The notes beneath the pieces were generated by a model that saw nothing but the letters and a program-made list of their open reading frames with translations, was not told the DNA's origin and ran no database searches. Positions 1-45,299 of a DNA stretch of 64,000 nt are shown piece after piece. Every line of letters begins with the position of its first letter. Position 1 is the stretch's first letter. Source of the stretch: Flaccisagitta enflata (lineage: Eukaryota); contig OZ231126.1 in NCBI GenBank assembly GCA_965153355.1, forward strand, positions 8,246,001 through 8,310,000, read 5' to 3'. The position numbers were made by a program, and so were the translations under genes.

Positions 1-158
1 TTTAGCACTTTTCTCATAAGTCAGATTCTATGTTATGAGAATTTGACAATTTTGTTATTTCTCATTACTCAGATTGTCTGTCTTTCTATCTTTTTCTCAT
101 AACTTAGATTTTTCTCTAAATTCAGTGTTTTTGTTGCTCTTTGTCTCTCTTCCTCCTT

Positions 159-298
<140 letters not shown>

Positions 299-326
299 TC
301 TTTTTTTCTTCCCCCTGTGTTTGTAC

Positions 327-433
<107 letters not shown>

Positions 434-1469
434 TGTGTAAATTTGTGTTTCTATTCAGTCTTACAATACGCAAGCAGGCCCGGCCAGAGATATGGCGGGC
501 CCCTCTGCTGGCTCCCTTGGTTGGACTCCCCTCCCCCTTCAGCCCCCTCCTTTACTCCTAATATTTCAACTATTGCAATATTTTTCACTGCCTTTGTTCC
601 ACTGTTGAAACTTCAGCCTCCAGAACTTGTAACTTGGATAGAACCTTTCTTTTTTTTTTCTTATCATTTTTTGTTTTTATTTCCCCTTTTTTGTTTTTTT
701 TTCTTTCTTCTTTTCTATTTTTTTTTCCTTTTTTTTCCTTTTTTTTTCTTATATTACAGAGGCTTTCACAGGTTTCACTGGTGCCCGGGCCTCCCATCTC
801 AGATGGGGTAAACCCCCTCTGGCTGGGCCTGCATCCAAGGATTGCATATGGTTAGCAGTATCCATTGCCCTGCTTCATTGCTGTTTCAAGGTAGTGAGGT
901 CAGACCAGGGGCATATGTAATAGTTCACTCCTGTGTTTTTCAAAACATTGGCTCTTTGGGGCCGCTGCCCAAAAAGTGCTTACTCTGTTGGCATCATCAA
1001 CATCATCTTCATCATTTTTGGTTTCACCGTGATAGAAGTTGTGATTCAGGTTGTTATCCTCATTTCGAGACATGATTGGTGGCCAGTGAAAAGTCACTGC
1101 AAAGTGGGGACTAAATGAACAGAAGAACTGAGGAGTGAGGAATTTGTATCCATCCATTGGGTAGTTTTTTTTTGAGAACAGGTCAACAAAAGCATTCAGT
1201 TACTTTGTTACAATGTTACTGCATTGCATCAGTCTGTGGTATTTGGTAGAAAAAGTGATGTTATGTGTCAACAATTACAAAATTGTGATTTTACCTTGGA
1301 TGGTAGAGTTAAGCTATTGGTGATTTTGGGTCAATGAGCTAGTTGTTGGCTCCGTCAGAAATACTAATCAATTGACAGAATTCTACCTCCCAAGAAAAAT
1401 TTTTATTCTTTATTTTGTTATTTTGCATAAGAGCAGAGAAAAGAATGAGATGAAGAAAGAGAGAGCAAG

Positions 1470-1508
<39 letters not shown>

Positions 1509-1694
1509 AACAGGTAAAAAAAGAATGAATGAAAGGATGAGGAAAAATTCTCATAACTTAGATTCTGAGTAATGAGAAAAAGATAGAAAGATAGACAATC
1601 TAAGTTATGAGAATATAATTCTCATCACTAAGAATCTGAATGATGAGAATTTCAAAATTCTTGCCACTCAGATTCTAAGTAACACGACCTACCC

Positions 1695-1733
<39 letters not shown>

Positions 1734-2220
1734 CGAGAAATTACATACATAAAATACAAACACTAGCACGAACATGAACATACAAAAACATGGAGACAAA
1801 AGCTTATGACAAAGGTCGAAAATTAGCTAGAACACAAGCCCCCCCCAAAAAAAAGATTTGAAACCCATTAAATTCAAATAAGAACAAAGCTAAGTTTTCT
1901 TTTTTTAAACATTCATGATTACAAAGAGATCGCTTTTGGAAAGCTTTAAGCAGCTCTTTAAAAAGCTTTAAGCAACTCTTTGAAAGAGGGTCAATCTGGG
2001 GTCAATGACTCAATTTATTCAAGCGCAGCATCTTTCCAGTGGAAAGATATTTCAGCGCGATTTTTAAGGAGATTTACTTTAAACAATTTAGTCTAAGAAA
2101 CTGACTTTGATACGTCGTAAAATTATGTAGTACCTATCAAATGCGATGTTGCTTTAGTTTTCAAGGAATGCCTTGATATCTTCTCAACCACTGCTATGAG
2201 CTTCAGCTTTAGCATACGTA

Positions 2221-2535
2221 GCCGGACCCGCAGCCAAACCCGCAGCCAGACCCGCAATCATACCCGCAGCCAGACCCGTAGCCAGACCCGCAGCCAGACC
2301 CGCAGCCAGACCCGCAGCCAGACCCGCAGCCTGACCCGCAGCCAGACCCCTAGCCTGACCCGCAGCCAGATCCGCAGCCACGCTTGTGGCCACAAATCTG
2401 CGATGAATTCCTCTTTTTCTACGCACGTTTACGTGTCAACTTCACTGCCATGTCACTGCCGCGTCACCGCTACGTCACCGTAACGTCACCGCAACGTCAC
2501 CGTAACGTCACCGCAACGTCACCGCAACGTCACCA
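2221..2535. repeat. GC-rich minisatellites: 12-mer GCCAGACCCGCA and 11-mer ACGTCACCGCA
   Basis: Direct tandem units. Confidence 0.85.
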
Positions 2536-2942
2536 AAATGTCAGTCCAGGTTAATCACCAACGCCCGACAATTATATCGTGATAATTACCTGGATGAAAT
2601 TATATCGTGATAATTACCTGGATGAAAAAATCTAATGAAAGGAAGAACAAAAGCAATTATCAGAGTCAATATCAGAGCAATATGCATACCACATGTGGTC
2701 GACAGAAAGACAATAGCTCTGGCAAACATAAGGACAGACAAACTGACAGACAGATCGAGAAAAAAGACCGTCACTTCTTTTATGAAAGTTGAAACAACAT
2801 TGCCTTTACAAATGGAGGATTGGAGGTTCATTATGTAAGACCTGTTATGAATATGCTTATAGTGGGAGTGTATTCTCAAATAGCAGATCCGGCTTATCTC
2901 AAACACACACACTCACTCTTGTTATCAACACACACACAGACG

Positions 2943-3201
<259 letters not shown>

Positions 3202-3362
3202 ACACTTGTTTTCTTTGCTTCTGTTTGGGAGCCTAGAAAGAGGAAGGATGGACCTGTTTATCAAAAGACAAAATTCTAGATCCTCAACAAGAGATAAAAT
3301 TCTTGTCTTTTCTCCAGTTTCGCCCTTTTCACGTCCCTAGTCAGTGCACTGATGAAGGAGGT

Positions 3363-3405
<43 letters not shown>

Positions 3406-3961
3406 AGAGAGAGATGGTAAATGTATATACTGAGTTGTCTGGGGCTTCTGGATTCCACAGTGTTTTTCTAACCCGATCTTAAGACTGATAACATAGGGGA
3501 TCCTCTGAAGTGCTTAAGTGTGAATTCCCACCTCAGCGAAAACAAAATTCATTTCTTAGTCTTTTAAATGAGTCTTGAAATTCTTAATGAAATTGGCCCC
3601 AAACTGTTTGATGGACAAATCTCTTACAAACCCTTAAACATAATCTTAGAAATATACTTATGCCATAGGAGGAAAAGTATAAAATCTACTCAGGTGCAAA
3701 TTTTTTAATCTACACAACTAAAAAAACTCATTAAGAATTTTTTGTAGACAGATAGAAAAAACTGACAAATTATCATTGAATCTATAACGTTGCTATTCAA
3801 TGTTATTTTCAATTCTGCATAGTATTTGTGGTTAAGTGGATTGATGGATAAGACTACATATAGGTGATAACATTGTTATTCGATTCCTACTTACATTGAT
3901 AACAAATACTTTGATAAAGAAGAAAATGATAAAATGAACTTGGAACTGATAATGTTGCTAC

Positions 3962-5749
3962 CAGCCATACAGATTGTGGAGAAGCGGGAAGCGCCGCTTC
4001 TCGGAAGCAGGGTGACAGAGTCGGAAGGTCTTGTAATTAAGCATGAGAAAAAAATTAAAAATTGGGAAAATTCGCTTAAGAACATCTGGAGGAAGTCGTT
4101 ACTAATGCGGCTTTAATCCTAACTCTACCTTACATTGACAAATCAGAGACATGAAGGTCTTTTTTTTTCTTTATTTTTTTTTACGATCGAGCTATTTATA
4201 ATGGAATACGAAAAACGTTGTTGGGGCACTCACGAAACTATTTGCTAACTATGGAACGAAACTGATTGTTGTAAGTAATCGGGTAAGGGCCTCAGCAAAG
4301 TTATTGGCAAGCGTTGAGATATAATTGCTTCTTGTATTGAACTGTTACTTTTATATAATCAATTTTCGCACATCGCTAAGCCTAAGGGTCAAAGAGCAAG
4401 ACAACGATGCCTGTGATCGGAACGGGCGAGCATACCGCAGCGGGGCGAGTGAGCGGAGTGATAGGTGCAAGCAATCAGCGACTGAGCGACCCAGTGGCCC
4501 AAAGAAAACGCGATTGTCAGGGGTAGAAACAAACCTTTTGCACGGTTCAACTATTACTTCAATTTTACTCACAATGCAAGCGACATACGCTTTTCAAGCG
4601 AATTATACACTGCGTCTGTCAGGGTGCCCAGAAAAGCCAAAATTGAAGTTTGCCTGGCAAAAATATTTTTCCTTTGCAAAAATGCTTTCAAATGAGCCAT
4701 TGCACAACCTTCAAATCAATTGGGAACCATCTTTAGGGTGAAGTTAAAGTTTACATTGAATTATCATTGAAACCTATATCTCTATCATGCAAATTCTATC
4801 TCTCTCATACAAATCTATGGAAACTTCAGAGTCACCCTAAAGATGGTTCTCAATTGATTTGAAAGTTGCGCAATAGCTCATTTGAAAGCATTTTTGCAAA
4901 GGAAAAAGAATCTTGCCAGGCGAAGTTTAATTTCGGCTTTTCTGAGCACTCTGACAGACGTATTATACACATTATTTGAATTGCTTTACTGTATTCATGT
5001 TTTTTAAATTTCATTGAATTACAGTATTGGTTACATCTATATTCATATTCGTCTTAACTCATTGAGGTTTTCGCTCGAGGCAGGTGATAGGAAAACAAAT
5101 GGGGCGCATAAACTTTGTTTAGCCATGAGCAATTATCTCATTTGCATAAAGTGGTCAGCTAGATGTTCATAATCTATCAGCTATTTCACGTGAGGAAGGG
5201 GTAATGTAGGGGCCGAAGATAAATAGACAAGGCCGGATACACGGCAATCCAGTTGCGGACGGTTGGGCAGGAGCAGTATTGCATAAACCGCTCGCAATTC
5301 ATGAATATTTTGGACGGAGGGACGGACGGAGGGACCGCCCGACACCGCAAGGTGTAGAGTCGCTTGTCCGTGACTTAAAAGCCTTCTCCAATGCAATAGC
5401 GAAACGACAATCCCATTCACATGATTTCGGTAGAACTAAGATTTGTTTGGGACAAATCATGTTCGGAACACGGTAAGCGGAAAACTGGCGGAGGTTTGTT
5501 TCGAAATGCTAACGGGAAAAGAGACTCGGAATTGACAAATGGGGAATTCAAACAGTTGTCACAAATCATTTTTTATCAAATTTTTCAAAAGTTTGTTGTT
5601 TTTCTCCATGCATATGCAATCTTTAAGATAGAATTTATAAAAAGGTTTTGATTTGTCTGTGAATACATTATTTTTACTGCATTTTACTTGTCGGAATCTT
5701 GCATCGAAATTGTCTGCTTCTCGGAAGCATGGAAGAATAATAATATCTG
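3962..5749. mobile_element. Non-autonomous hAT-like DNA transposon carrying nested insertions
   Basis: CAG...CTG termini, perfect 8-bp TSD GTTGCTAC (3954-3961, 5750-5757); both ends shared with the copy at 33616-33944. Confidence 0.8.
4611..4962. mobile_element. MITE with ~130-bp imperfect TIRs
   Basis: tgcgtctgtcagggtgc...tagggtga versus tcaccctaaag...gcactctgacagacgta; 8-bp TSD TTATACAC (4603-4610, 4963-4970). Confidence 0.85.
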
Positions 5750-6042
5750 GTTGCTACTCAAATTTTGTTTTACGTATAGATAAGTATTCACAATGGAAAG
5801 AAACAAGATCCGGATATACGACAAACCAGTCGCAAATAACATGGAAATGACATTATTGCCGCTCAGTTTCTATTTTCATAAATGACAAGCATTCGAAATT
5901 GAGTGGAGAGGCCGATAAAAAAACAACATGGAAGTGATAATGTTGCCACTCAATTCCTCAAAGCCAAAGCCAAAGCCAAAAGTGAGGTGATAAGGAAACA
6001 AGATAACGCTCGCTGAGAGTAGAAGGGAAGGCGAGGGAAAGC

Positions 6043-6308
<266 letters not shown>

Positions 6309-6560
6309 GATTTTCTCCGGATAAAACCTGTAACAAGGTTTCTTTTACGTCTAGACTACCTATGGTCGACTCCCCATGGTGACTAGCGTATGTTTGAGTC
6401 TTTTGTTTTGTTTCGCCAAGAGCTGTTTTTTCTTCATTTGAAAATTGATTCTTTGTTTTTCGCTTTTTGACTTTTTTTTTCTTGGAATCAAAAGAAGGGG
6501 GCGCGAAAAATCTCTTGAAACTTGATACAATTGTTGTTGTTGTTGTTGTTGTCGTTGTCG

Positions 6561-6599
<39 letters not shown>

Positions 6600-6605
6600 T
6601 TTTTT

Positions 6606-6707
<102 letters not shown>

Positions 6708-7386
6708 ATTCCCATTTTGCTGCTGTTGAATGCATTTGAAAGAGAACCTACGCACAGATTGAGACAATTTCATGTTTAACAGTCTGATAGTCCCACTGAC
6801 AGGGCGTGTCTTTAATTCTTTATTGACGATGACAAACGCGACCATTCCCGCTGTTTCTGTTTCTGTTTCTGTTTTGATTTTCACCGTCCCGCAAGGTAGT
6901 GAGCAAAGTGAGTGAGTGAGCTCATAAATGTAGCGAATGTTGGTCCGTCGGTCCGTCCTTCCGTCCATCTGTCACACTTTACTTTTTTTTTTGGTGTTTT
7001 TGCCGTCTTTGGCCTCACTGCTCCTGCCCAAATGATCAAGTGACCTCAAATATGGCCCCTGCCGCACGCGACTGGGGTAGCCGTGTATCCTGCCCTGTTC
7101 TACCCCCTTCCAGTTAAAAGCAAACATGGGCATTTGCTCCCCTGCCCTAAACTTCACCCGTCCGCGAATAGTATTAACCTTGTTACCTGACAAAGGGACG
7201 CCAATGAGACGAGAGGGGTTATTTATAAGAGCCAATGTGGAGCTAATATGGGCCTCGACCATTCGTGTTTTCGCGGTATTGTAGCCATCAAGGATTCTGA
7301 TGTATATAACCTAATCGTCGCTCGGCCTCGACTCGATATCACCTCTACAACACGCGCTGATATGTGGAGAAATATTTTCCGAGGAT

Positions 7387-7571
<185 letters not shown>

Positions 7572-7840
7572 TTCCATCTTTGTCTTTATCTCTTTCTCGA
7601 TCTAATATTGGAAAATTGGGTTATTTTTCTTTCGCTTTTCGGCTTTGAGTAGTCAAGGTCGAGACCAACCGAAGATATAAAAGGGAAAAAAGGGAAAGAA
7701 AGAGAAGAAAGAGAGGAAAGAGAAGGGAAAGAAAAGAAAGAGAAGGGAAAGAAAAGGATCAATGAAGGGGAAAAGTATGGAGGAAACGAAAGACACTGTG
7801 TCATACAAGTACAGAGACAGACAGACAGACAGAGAGACGA

Positions 7841-7967
<127 letters not shown>

Positions 7968-8724
7968 CTGCCATAGAAATACAAAGGACAGACAGATAGA
8001 ATAGGAAACTAGCCACAAAGAAGAAAAGTAAAGGGCAAAAATAAAGGGAACAGAAAAGAAAAAAAGGAAACGAGGATGAAAAGGGCAAAAATAAAGGGAA
8101 AGGGGGAAAAAAAAGAAAACGATGATGAAAAGGGCACAAACGGTTGCGCTCTTGTAGAAGCTTGAGTCAAGGACGTGGGCACCCTTAAATCGGGAACGAT
8201 TGTGACGGCATTACCGATATTTTTTTGCTGTTTTGTGTCATTTTGTGTCATTTTGTGTTATTTGTGCTATTTTGTCCTTAGCGGCGGTTATTTTTTAAAC
8301 CATGTGTCCCCATGTTCAAACGGACAGTCTACCAACATTCAAAATCTTTTTACTAGTGTTTGAATGATTACATTGTTTTGAGATTTAAAACTAGTTTTAA
8401 GTGATGCTTGATGCACACCACTGTAAAACGTGTCATCTCAATCGGACCAAATTTACGCGAGTCTCTGTGACAGTGTTGTTTATAGTAGTGGCGGTAGCCT
8501 TGGCGATGTTGTTGGTAGTTGCCTTGATGATGTTGTCCGCAGCGGCGGTGGTGTTGTTGTTGGTTGAAGTGGTGTTCGGTGTGTCGGTGTCAGTTGAGAA
8601 AGCGGTCTTTTTGTTGTTGCGGTTGTTGTTAAGATGGGGAATAAGAAAGACGATGACTGATCCGAAGTCACATCAGGCTGAGCGGGGTGAGCGGGGTGAG
8701 CGGGGTGAGCTTTTCCCAAATCCC

Positions 8725-9230
8725 AAACATGATTTAGACCGAAGCTGACAGTCACAGTTCAGAGTGACAAGGACATGATACAAACATGATTCAAACTGAA
8801 GCTGTCAGTCACAGTTCATAGTGACAAGGACATGACGCAAACATGATTTAAACCAAAGCTGACAGTCACAGTTCAGAGTGACAGGGACATGACACAAACA
8901 CGATTCAAACCGAAGCTGACAATCACAGTTCAGAGTGACAAGAACATAACGCAAACACAATTTAAACCAAAAGCTGACAGTCACAGTTCAGAGTGACAAG
9001 GACATGATACAAACATGAATTAAACCAAAGCTGACAGTCACAGTTCAGAGTGATATGGACATGACCCAAACACAATTTAAACCAAAGCTGACAGTCACTG
9101 TTCAGAGTGACAAGGACATGACCCAAACACGATTCAAACCGAAGCTGACAATCACAGCTAAGAGTGACAAGGACACAACTTATGCATGATTTAAATTGAC
9201 GTTGACAGTAACAGTTCAGAGTGACGAGGA
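8725..9230. repeat. 57-bp minisatellite, about 9 copies
   Basis: aaccaaagctgacagtcacagttcagagtgacaaggacatgacacaaacatgattta repeated. Confidence 0.9.
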
Positions 9231-9621
9231 TATCAAAACTGACACCAACATTGTCATTGACAGTCATAATGCATGGTGTCAAAAATAGATACGATTAACA
9301 ATATTGTTGACTATCGAGCGAGTTAATGAGCAAATGAGTTTATCAGGGAGTAATGACAAAACATCAATTTTTCTAACGACATTATCAAGGAAAGGGAAAA
9401 AAGGGAAAAAGTTAAGATAAAGTAAATCGATGTTTACCGATAAAAAGTCATGTCGGTAAATGAATTATATCCGATATTGTGCGGTATGATTGTTAAAATC
9501 AGTTTTTAACAAGTCAATATTTAATAAAAACAGTTGTACAAGTGTCCAGTAAAAACTCTATTACTTTATATTCTTTATATAAAGATCTTTAAAAAATGTT
9601 GGCGTTCTTTTAGTTTTACTC

Positions 9622-10135
9622 CCTGTTATCCAATCAAGTCACTCCCGATCCCCCCTCCGTATCCAATAAAATCACTCAAAATTCACCCCCCCCCACTTCC
9701 GTATCTGATAAAGTCACTCAAGATTCACCCCCCACCTCCGTATCCAATCAAATCACTCAAGATTAACCCCCCCTCCGTATCCAATCAAATCACTCTAGAT
9801 TCACCCCCCCCCTCCGTATCTAATCAAATCACTCTAGATTCACCCTGCCAACTTCCGTATCCAATCGAATCACTCTAGATTAACCCCCGCCATATCCAAT
9901 CAAGTCACTCTAGATTCACCCCCCCCCCACTCCATATCCAATCAAATCATTCAAGATTCACCCCCCCCTCCGTATCCAATCAGGTCACTCTAGATTCACC
10001 CCCCCTTCTGTATCCGATCAAGTCACTCCATATTCAGCCCCCCTCTGTAACCAATCAAATCACTCTAAATTGACCCCCTCGGCTTCCGATCAAGTCACTC
10101 TAGATGGACCCACCACGTATCCTATCAATTCACTC
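9622..10135. repeat. ~40-bp minisatellite with variable C-run
   Basis: ccgtatccaatcaaatcactctagattcaccccccct repeated about 12 times. Confidence 0.9.
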
Positions 10136-10745
10136 CAAATTCTAGTACATCTAATCAAATTAGCCTCAACATCAACTTGCAGTCTTCCACTTGCAGTGTC
10201 CAATCCTCTTCGTGTCTCATTAAAAGTTGGTCCCGCCCTCAAGTGGCTCATTTTGACTTTGAGAGAGCATCTCTTGAATTCCTGTGGCTGATTTCGTGGC
10301 TCAATACTGTCTCAATCAATAGTTCCTTTGGATGTACATGAAACCTATTTAGGAGATGAAATGAACAGAATTGAGAAACAATCTCTTAAGAGGCCGGGAG
10401 TGAGGGGGAGATAGAATATGGCGTTGGATGTTGGATGTTGGATGTTGGATGGGTTAGTAAATAGATTTAACACGGATCGACGGACCGACGGACTGACGGA
10501 CCGATGGACCGACGGACTGACGGACTGACGGACTGACGGAAATCGGTCTATCTACGTGGCTGTTTACATTTTCAGTTCAAGAAATGTGTCGAAATTGTAG
10601 ATCCTCTTACTCTTTTTTTATCATTATTTGATAAGGCAGCATGTTGTTGGTTGTTTCCTTTTTGATTAGCAATTAATGAAACGAATGACGGAAGGAAATT
10701 CATCAAAAGTATTTTGCGGTTTTAGTTATAGATATAAAGAATCCT

Positions 10746-10867
<122 letters not shown>

Positions 10868-10901
10868 ACACATCTCGGATAACTCGCAAACTGACATAAA
10901 A

Positions 10902-10933
<32 letters not shown>

Positions 10934-11135
10934 CATTTCTAGGTGTTCATTTTACATCATCAACTTCATTCCCGATCTGTATCTCTGTCTGTTTGTTTCT
11001 TCTAATGCTTTTTTTATGGTTTCCTTTGTTTATCATTTATTTGTTCGTTTGTCTTTTTCACTGCTGGCCTGTCTTTGTGTCTCTGTCTCTGTCTCTGCCT
11101 TTTCTTCAATTCTTCTTTATGTGATTTCCTCTTCA

Positions 11136-11380
11136 TTTTTAGTTGCGGACACGCAACTCTATAAGAGGCTTTGTCCGTCCGTCCGTCCGTCCATCCGTCC
11201 GTTGGTCGGTCCGTCACGCTCGAGTTGAAAACGCAAGAAACACGCATTTACAATGCTGCAGTTGTCATTGAATGTGTGTGGTTGTATGTTAGTGTGTGGG
11301 AAGGGGGTTTGGGTGAGGCTGGGGGTTGGCTGCCCCTGCCCACCCGTCCGCAACGATATTGTGACCCCGCGTCACTTGTT
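11136..11380 (+). mobile_element. HINE-like element, third subfamily
   Basis: tttttagttgcggacacgcaactctataagaggc, (GTCC)n, cccacccgtccgcaacgat...ccccgcgtcacttgtt; degenerate copy at ~38790-38965. Confidence 0.6.
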
Positions 11381-11673
11381 CTATCTGTCTATGTCTGTCT
11401 TTCTGTCTGTCTGTCTGTCTGTCTATGTCTGTCTGTGACTGAGTGTCTTCTTCAATTCTTTGTGAGTTACTCGCTCTCTCTCGAGAAAAAAAAACAGCCT
11501 CTCGTTCAGGCTGTAAAAGTAAGGGACGATTTGCTGACTTGTGATTAAAAAGTATGTTTTTTTTTATCGTTTCCTTAAAAAGTGAAATTCTTTGCCGCCC
11601 GGTGTACAAAGTTCTCGAGTGTTTTGAGGGGAAAGCGGACGTGACGCAGAACCTCTTTTTATCCATTAAAAAT

Positions 11674-11738
<65 letters not shown>

Positions 11739-11928
11739 GAACCGATCAATAGACAAATATGGGCAGAGAGATCGGCTGTCGGAGAAGGACTCACATAAAA
11801 CCAGACACAGTTACCAAGAGACATACACGCATGTACTCACGCAAAGAGATTCAGTCAATCAGACAGACAAGCAGTCAAGCAGACAGACGAACCAACAGAC
11901 GGACGAACAGTTGTAAGAAAAGACACAT

Positions 11929-11983
<55 letters not shown>

Positions 11984-13384
11984 GTTGTAAAGAAAGACAA
12001 GGACAGACAGACGGACAGTCGTAGAGAGAAACAATGATAAAGTCGTGCGGACAACATATTCTGACCTTCCATTAGAGGAAACTCTTTCTATCTTGACCTA
12101 TGACCCGTCAGGGAATAAAAGAAAAGGAAAGGGGAAAAAAAAGGAAAAGAAAAAAAATGAAAGGACAGAAAAGAATCAGAAAGAAATTGAGAGGAAAATA
12201 TGAAAAGAGGGTGAAAAAATGAAGAGAATCAGATATGAGGAGAAGAAAAAAAACTGGAGAAATAAAAAAAAAAAGAGATGAAAGATTATGGAGTAAGATA
12301 TGACGAAGAACGAGGCCGAGTGATTATGAAGGGCTCAGTCGCTGTCACTAAATCGCCTCCCCCCCACCCCGTCGCTGTCTCTAAATCGCCCCCCCACCCC
12401 GTCGCTGTCACTAAATCGCTCCCCCCCCACCCCGTCGCTGTCACTAAATCGCCCCCCCACCCCGTCGCTGTCACGTCGTTGTCTAAATTGCGTTCTTCCA
12501 CTCCCCTTCCCTCCCCTCTTCTTCCCTTTGCTACCCCTCCCCAACATTGTCACTCTTAGTCGTCCCCTTCTTCTCCCCTCTTCCATCCTGTTGCTGTTGC
12601 TCAATTACTCTCTGTCTCTCCTCTCCCCCACCCCTCCCCCCCTTGTCACTCTTAGTCGTCCTCTTCTTCTCCCCTCTTCCACCCTGTCGCTGTCGCTCAA
12701 TCACTCTCTGTCTCTCCTCTACCCCACCCCTCCTCCACCCCGTCCCTGTCGCCTAAATCGCGCCCTTTGTCTTCCGCACTCCAACCTATCCACTTCCTCC
12801 CAACCCGCAACAATCCCTCCCCCTGAACCCTTACCTCGACAAAAGAAGATGGCATTTCTAGTACTTTTACTCTAGTAGTTCCAAAACTCATATCTAAAAC
12901 CCTGAAATCTATCCATCCCACATCAGCGGGGCTTCCATTTTACCAACCCAATGCCCCAACAGTCTTACTTTCAACGAAACTCTTCTTCCTTTCCCCCCCC
13001 CCCCCGCCAATTCTATACGTTTTACACGTTGTTCCATCCCTAAGCCAGTTTCTCTCTCTCTCTCTCTCTCTCTCTCACTTAAAGTTCCTTCTCTTTCACC
13101 CATCAATGCCCCTTTATTCATTATCGCAAAACGCTATTTCCATCTTCTTTATTCGAAATGCTCTCACTCCAAACACTCCCCCCTCCCCCCCCCCCCCTGC
13201 GTACCCATTATCTTCTCTTCATGACCTCTTTCACACCCTTCAATCGTACTCATCTAACCAACCTACCTTTTCAATCCTTCCAATATCAAAAGAAGTCAGC
13301 ATCTTACGGGGGTGACCTTAACTTGAAATGGTTTTCTTTTGTATTCTCTCTGTCTCTGTCTCTGTCTCTGTCTCTGTCTCTGTC

Positions 13385-13497
<113 letters not shown>

Positions 13498-14294
13498 TTC
13501 TCTTTTGACGTGTCGTGTCTGTTTTTTCTGTCTGTTCTTAATCACCTGTCACGTTCTTTCTATTTATTGGTCTTTCTGTGTCTATCTGGGAACGGTTGCG
13601 TATCTCAATCAACGTTTCATGTTTTTCTCTCTGTCGGTTATCTTCTGTCTCCCTGTTTGTCCCCCTATCTGTCCTTCTGTCTGTCTCCCTATCTGTCCTC
13701 CTGTCAGTCCTCCTGTCAGTCCACGTGTCTGACTTCATGTCTGTCCTCATGTCTGTCACCCTTTCTGTCTCCCTGTTTGTCCCCCTATCTGTCCTTCTGT
13801 CTGTCTCCCTATCTGTCCTCCTGTCAGTCCTCCTGTCAGTCCACCTGTCTGACTTCATGTCTGTCCTCATGTCTGTCACCCTTTCTGTCTCCCTGTCTGT
13901 CCCCCAGTCTGTCTATCTATCTGGGTCTTTCTCAATTTTCTCTCTCTCTCTCTTTGGCTGGGTTGCCTCGATCTACTTTTTGTCTCTGTTTGAACCCAAA
14001 GAGAGAGAAGGTGAAGGATGAGCGATGAGCGATCGTTTAACGATATTCATCTCGATCTTTGTCGTAGAAATTTGACTCATTGACTTCTTTCTTTCTCTCT
14101 TACCCCCCCCCCCCTCCCCCCTCACACACACACAGAAAAAGATCAATCGCGTACTTAAATAGAAATAAAAAAAAAATGAGAGCACTTTACCTTTACTTAT
14201 TTTCTTTTTTTCGTCTTTTCTTGTATTGTTTCTCTTTCCTTTCAACTTTGAAAATCGTTTTTTTGATGAGTATTTTTACCAAAAAGATCTCTAA

Positions 14295-14413
<119 letters not shown>

Positions 14414-14418
14414 TACAG

Positions 14419-45299
<30,881 letters not shown>

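Noticed and set aside
6829-6895. Possible first exon MTNATIPAVSVSVSVLIFTVPQ with phase-1 donor AAG|gtagtg
   Set aside because: Phase fits the VWC exon, but the donor is weak and hydrophobicity comes from a (GTTTCT)n repeat; true exon 1 not identified and may lie outside the window
8401-8748. Hydrophobic ORF resembling a signal peptide or membrane protein
   Set aside because: Degenerate (GTT/GGT)n low-complexity sequence with no convincing splice or start context
8725-10135. Regular arrays that could suggest CRISPR, a Cys-rich 19-aa repeat protein, or a CCAAT-box cluster
   Set aside because: Head-to-tail minisatellites with no unique spacers, eukaryotic context, no cas genes; indels and stops break the frames
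12849-12875. ATGGCATTTCTAGTACTTTTACTC (MAFLVLLL), signal-peptide-like start
   Set aside because: In-frame TAG after 8 codons and no suitable donor
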